Source of the DNA: Eledone cirrhosa
Lineage: Eukaryota
Assembly: GCA_964016885.1 (NCBI GenBank)
Contig: OZ024740.1
Coordinates: 219,542,001-219,606,000 of the forward strand
DNA: 64,000 bases
Direction of reading: 5' to 3'
Translations under genes and position numbers: made by a program
Notes under the pieces: generated by a model
What the model was told of the DNA's origin: nothing
Database searches by the model: none
The model's input: the letters and a program-made list of their open reading frames with translations, nothing else
Shown: positions 63,625-64,000 of the stretch, one piece after another
How positions within the stretch are numbered: position 1 is the stretch's first letter
How the letters are laid out: each line of letters begins with the position of its first letter

Positions 63625-64000
63625 GAATATATATATATTTATATTTATATATATAATGTCTATTCTTATACAAAAACTACATAATTTGACGGCTGCAGTT
63701 TGAAAAGGTCCATCTCCCCCATACTCATATTTAGAGCGGGTTAGAGGTTGGGAAATTTATATGCCTTCAGATGAAATTTTGTTTATAGCTTGATTAACAA
63801 GTCTGATGAGCAGATTGATCCAAAAGTTGGGTCTATAACACAAATATTGACCTTGAGCCATCATTTGTGAAACGTACATAATTGGTCAATAACCAATAAA
63901 CACATTCATGTGAAACTTTATCTTATATTTAATTTATACATTCTACCTTAACACTGAGGGCTAATATTGGTACCACCAAATTTACTGAAATTATTGAATA

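Overview
AT-rich, microsatellite-laden animal DNA. The SINE/RTE repertoire and (TA)n load suggest a cephalopod such as octopus; this is inference. I found only one host coding exon: a 102-nt, phase-0/0 ankyrin-repeat exon at 21504-21605 (+) matching inversin (INVS), so most or all of the window is probably giant intron. The rest is mobile-element debris: tRNA-derived SINEs (Meta-core, V-like core with RTE tail, CORE-like), RTE/RTE-X/CRE/CR1-like LINE fragments, piggyBac-, pogo-, Tigger- and mariner-type MITEs, and Helitrons. The most notable signal is not shown by the ORF track. About 14 loci from mutually unrelated families carry type I hammerhead-ribozyme folds (CUGANGA...GAAA-N..N-UH with pairing stems I-III). 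They sit in short non-coding cassettes, mostly inserted at (TA)n tracts, and several form long palindromes or partial tandem repeats, the architecture of Penelope-like pseudo-LTR ends. Variants include very long stem II inserts, a CCGAUGA core and palindromes folded back inside the ribozyme. Intact unmasked copies appear biased to the antisense strand of the host gene. All folds were read by eye and need computational and biochemical confirmation.
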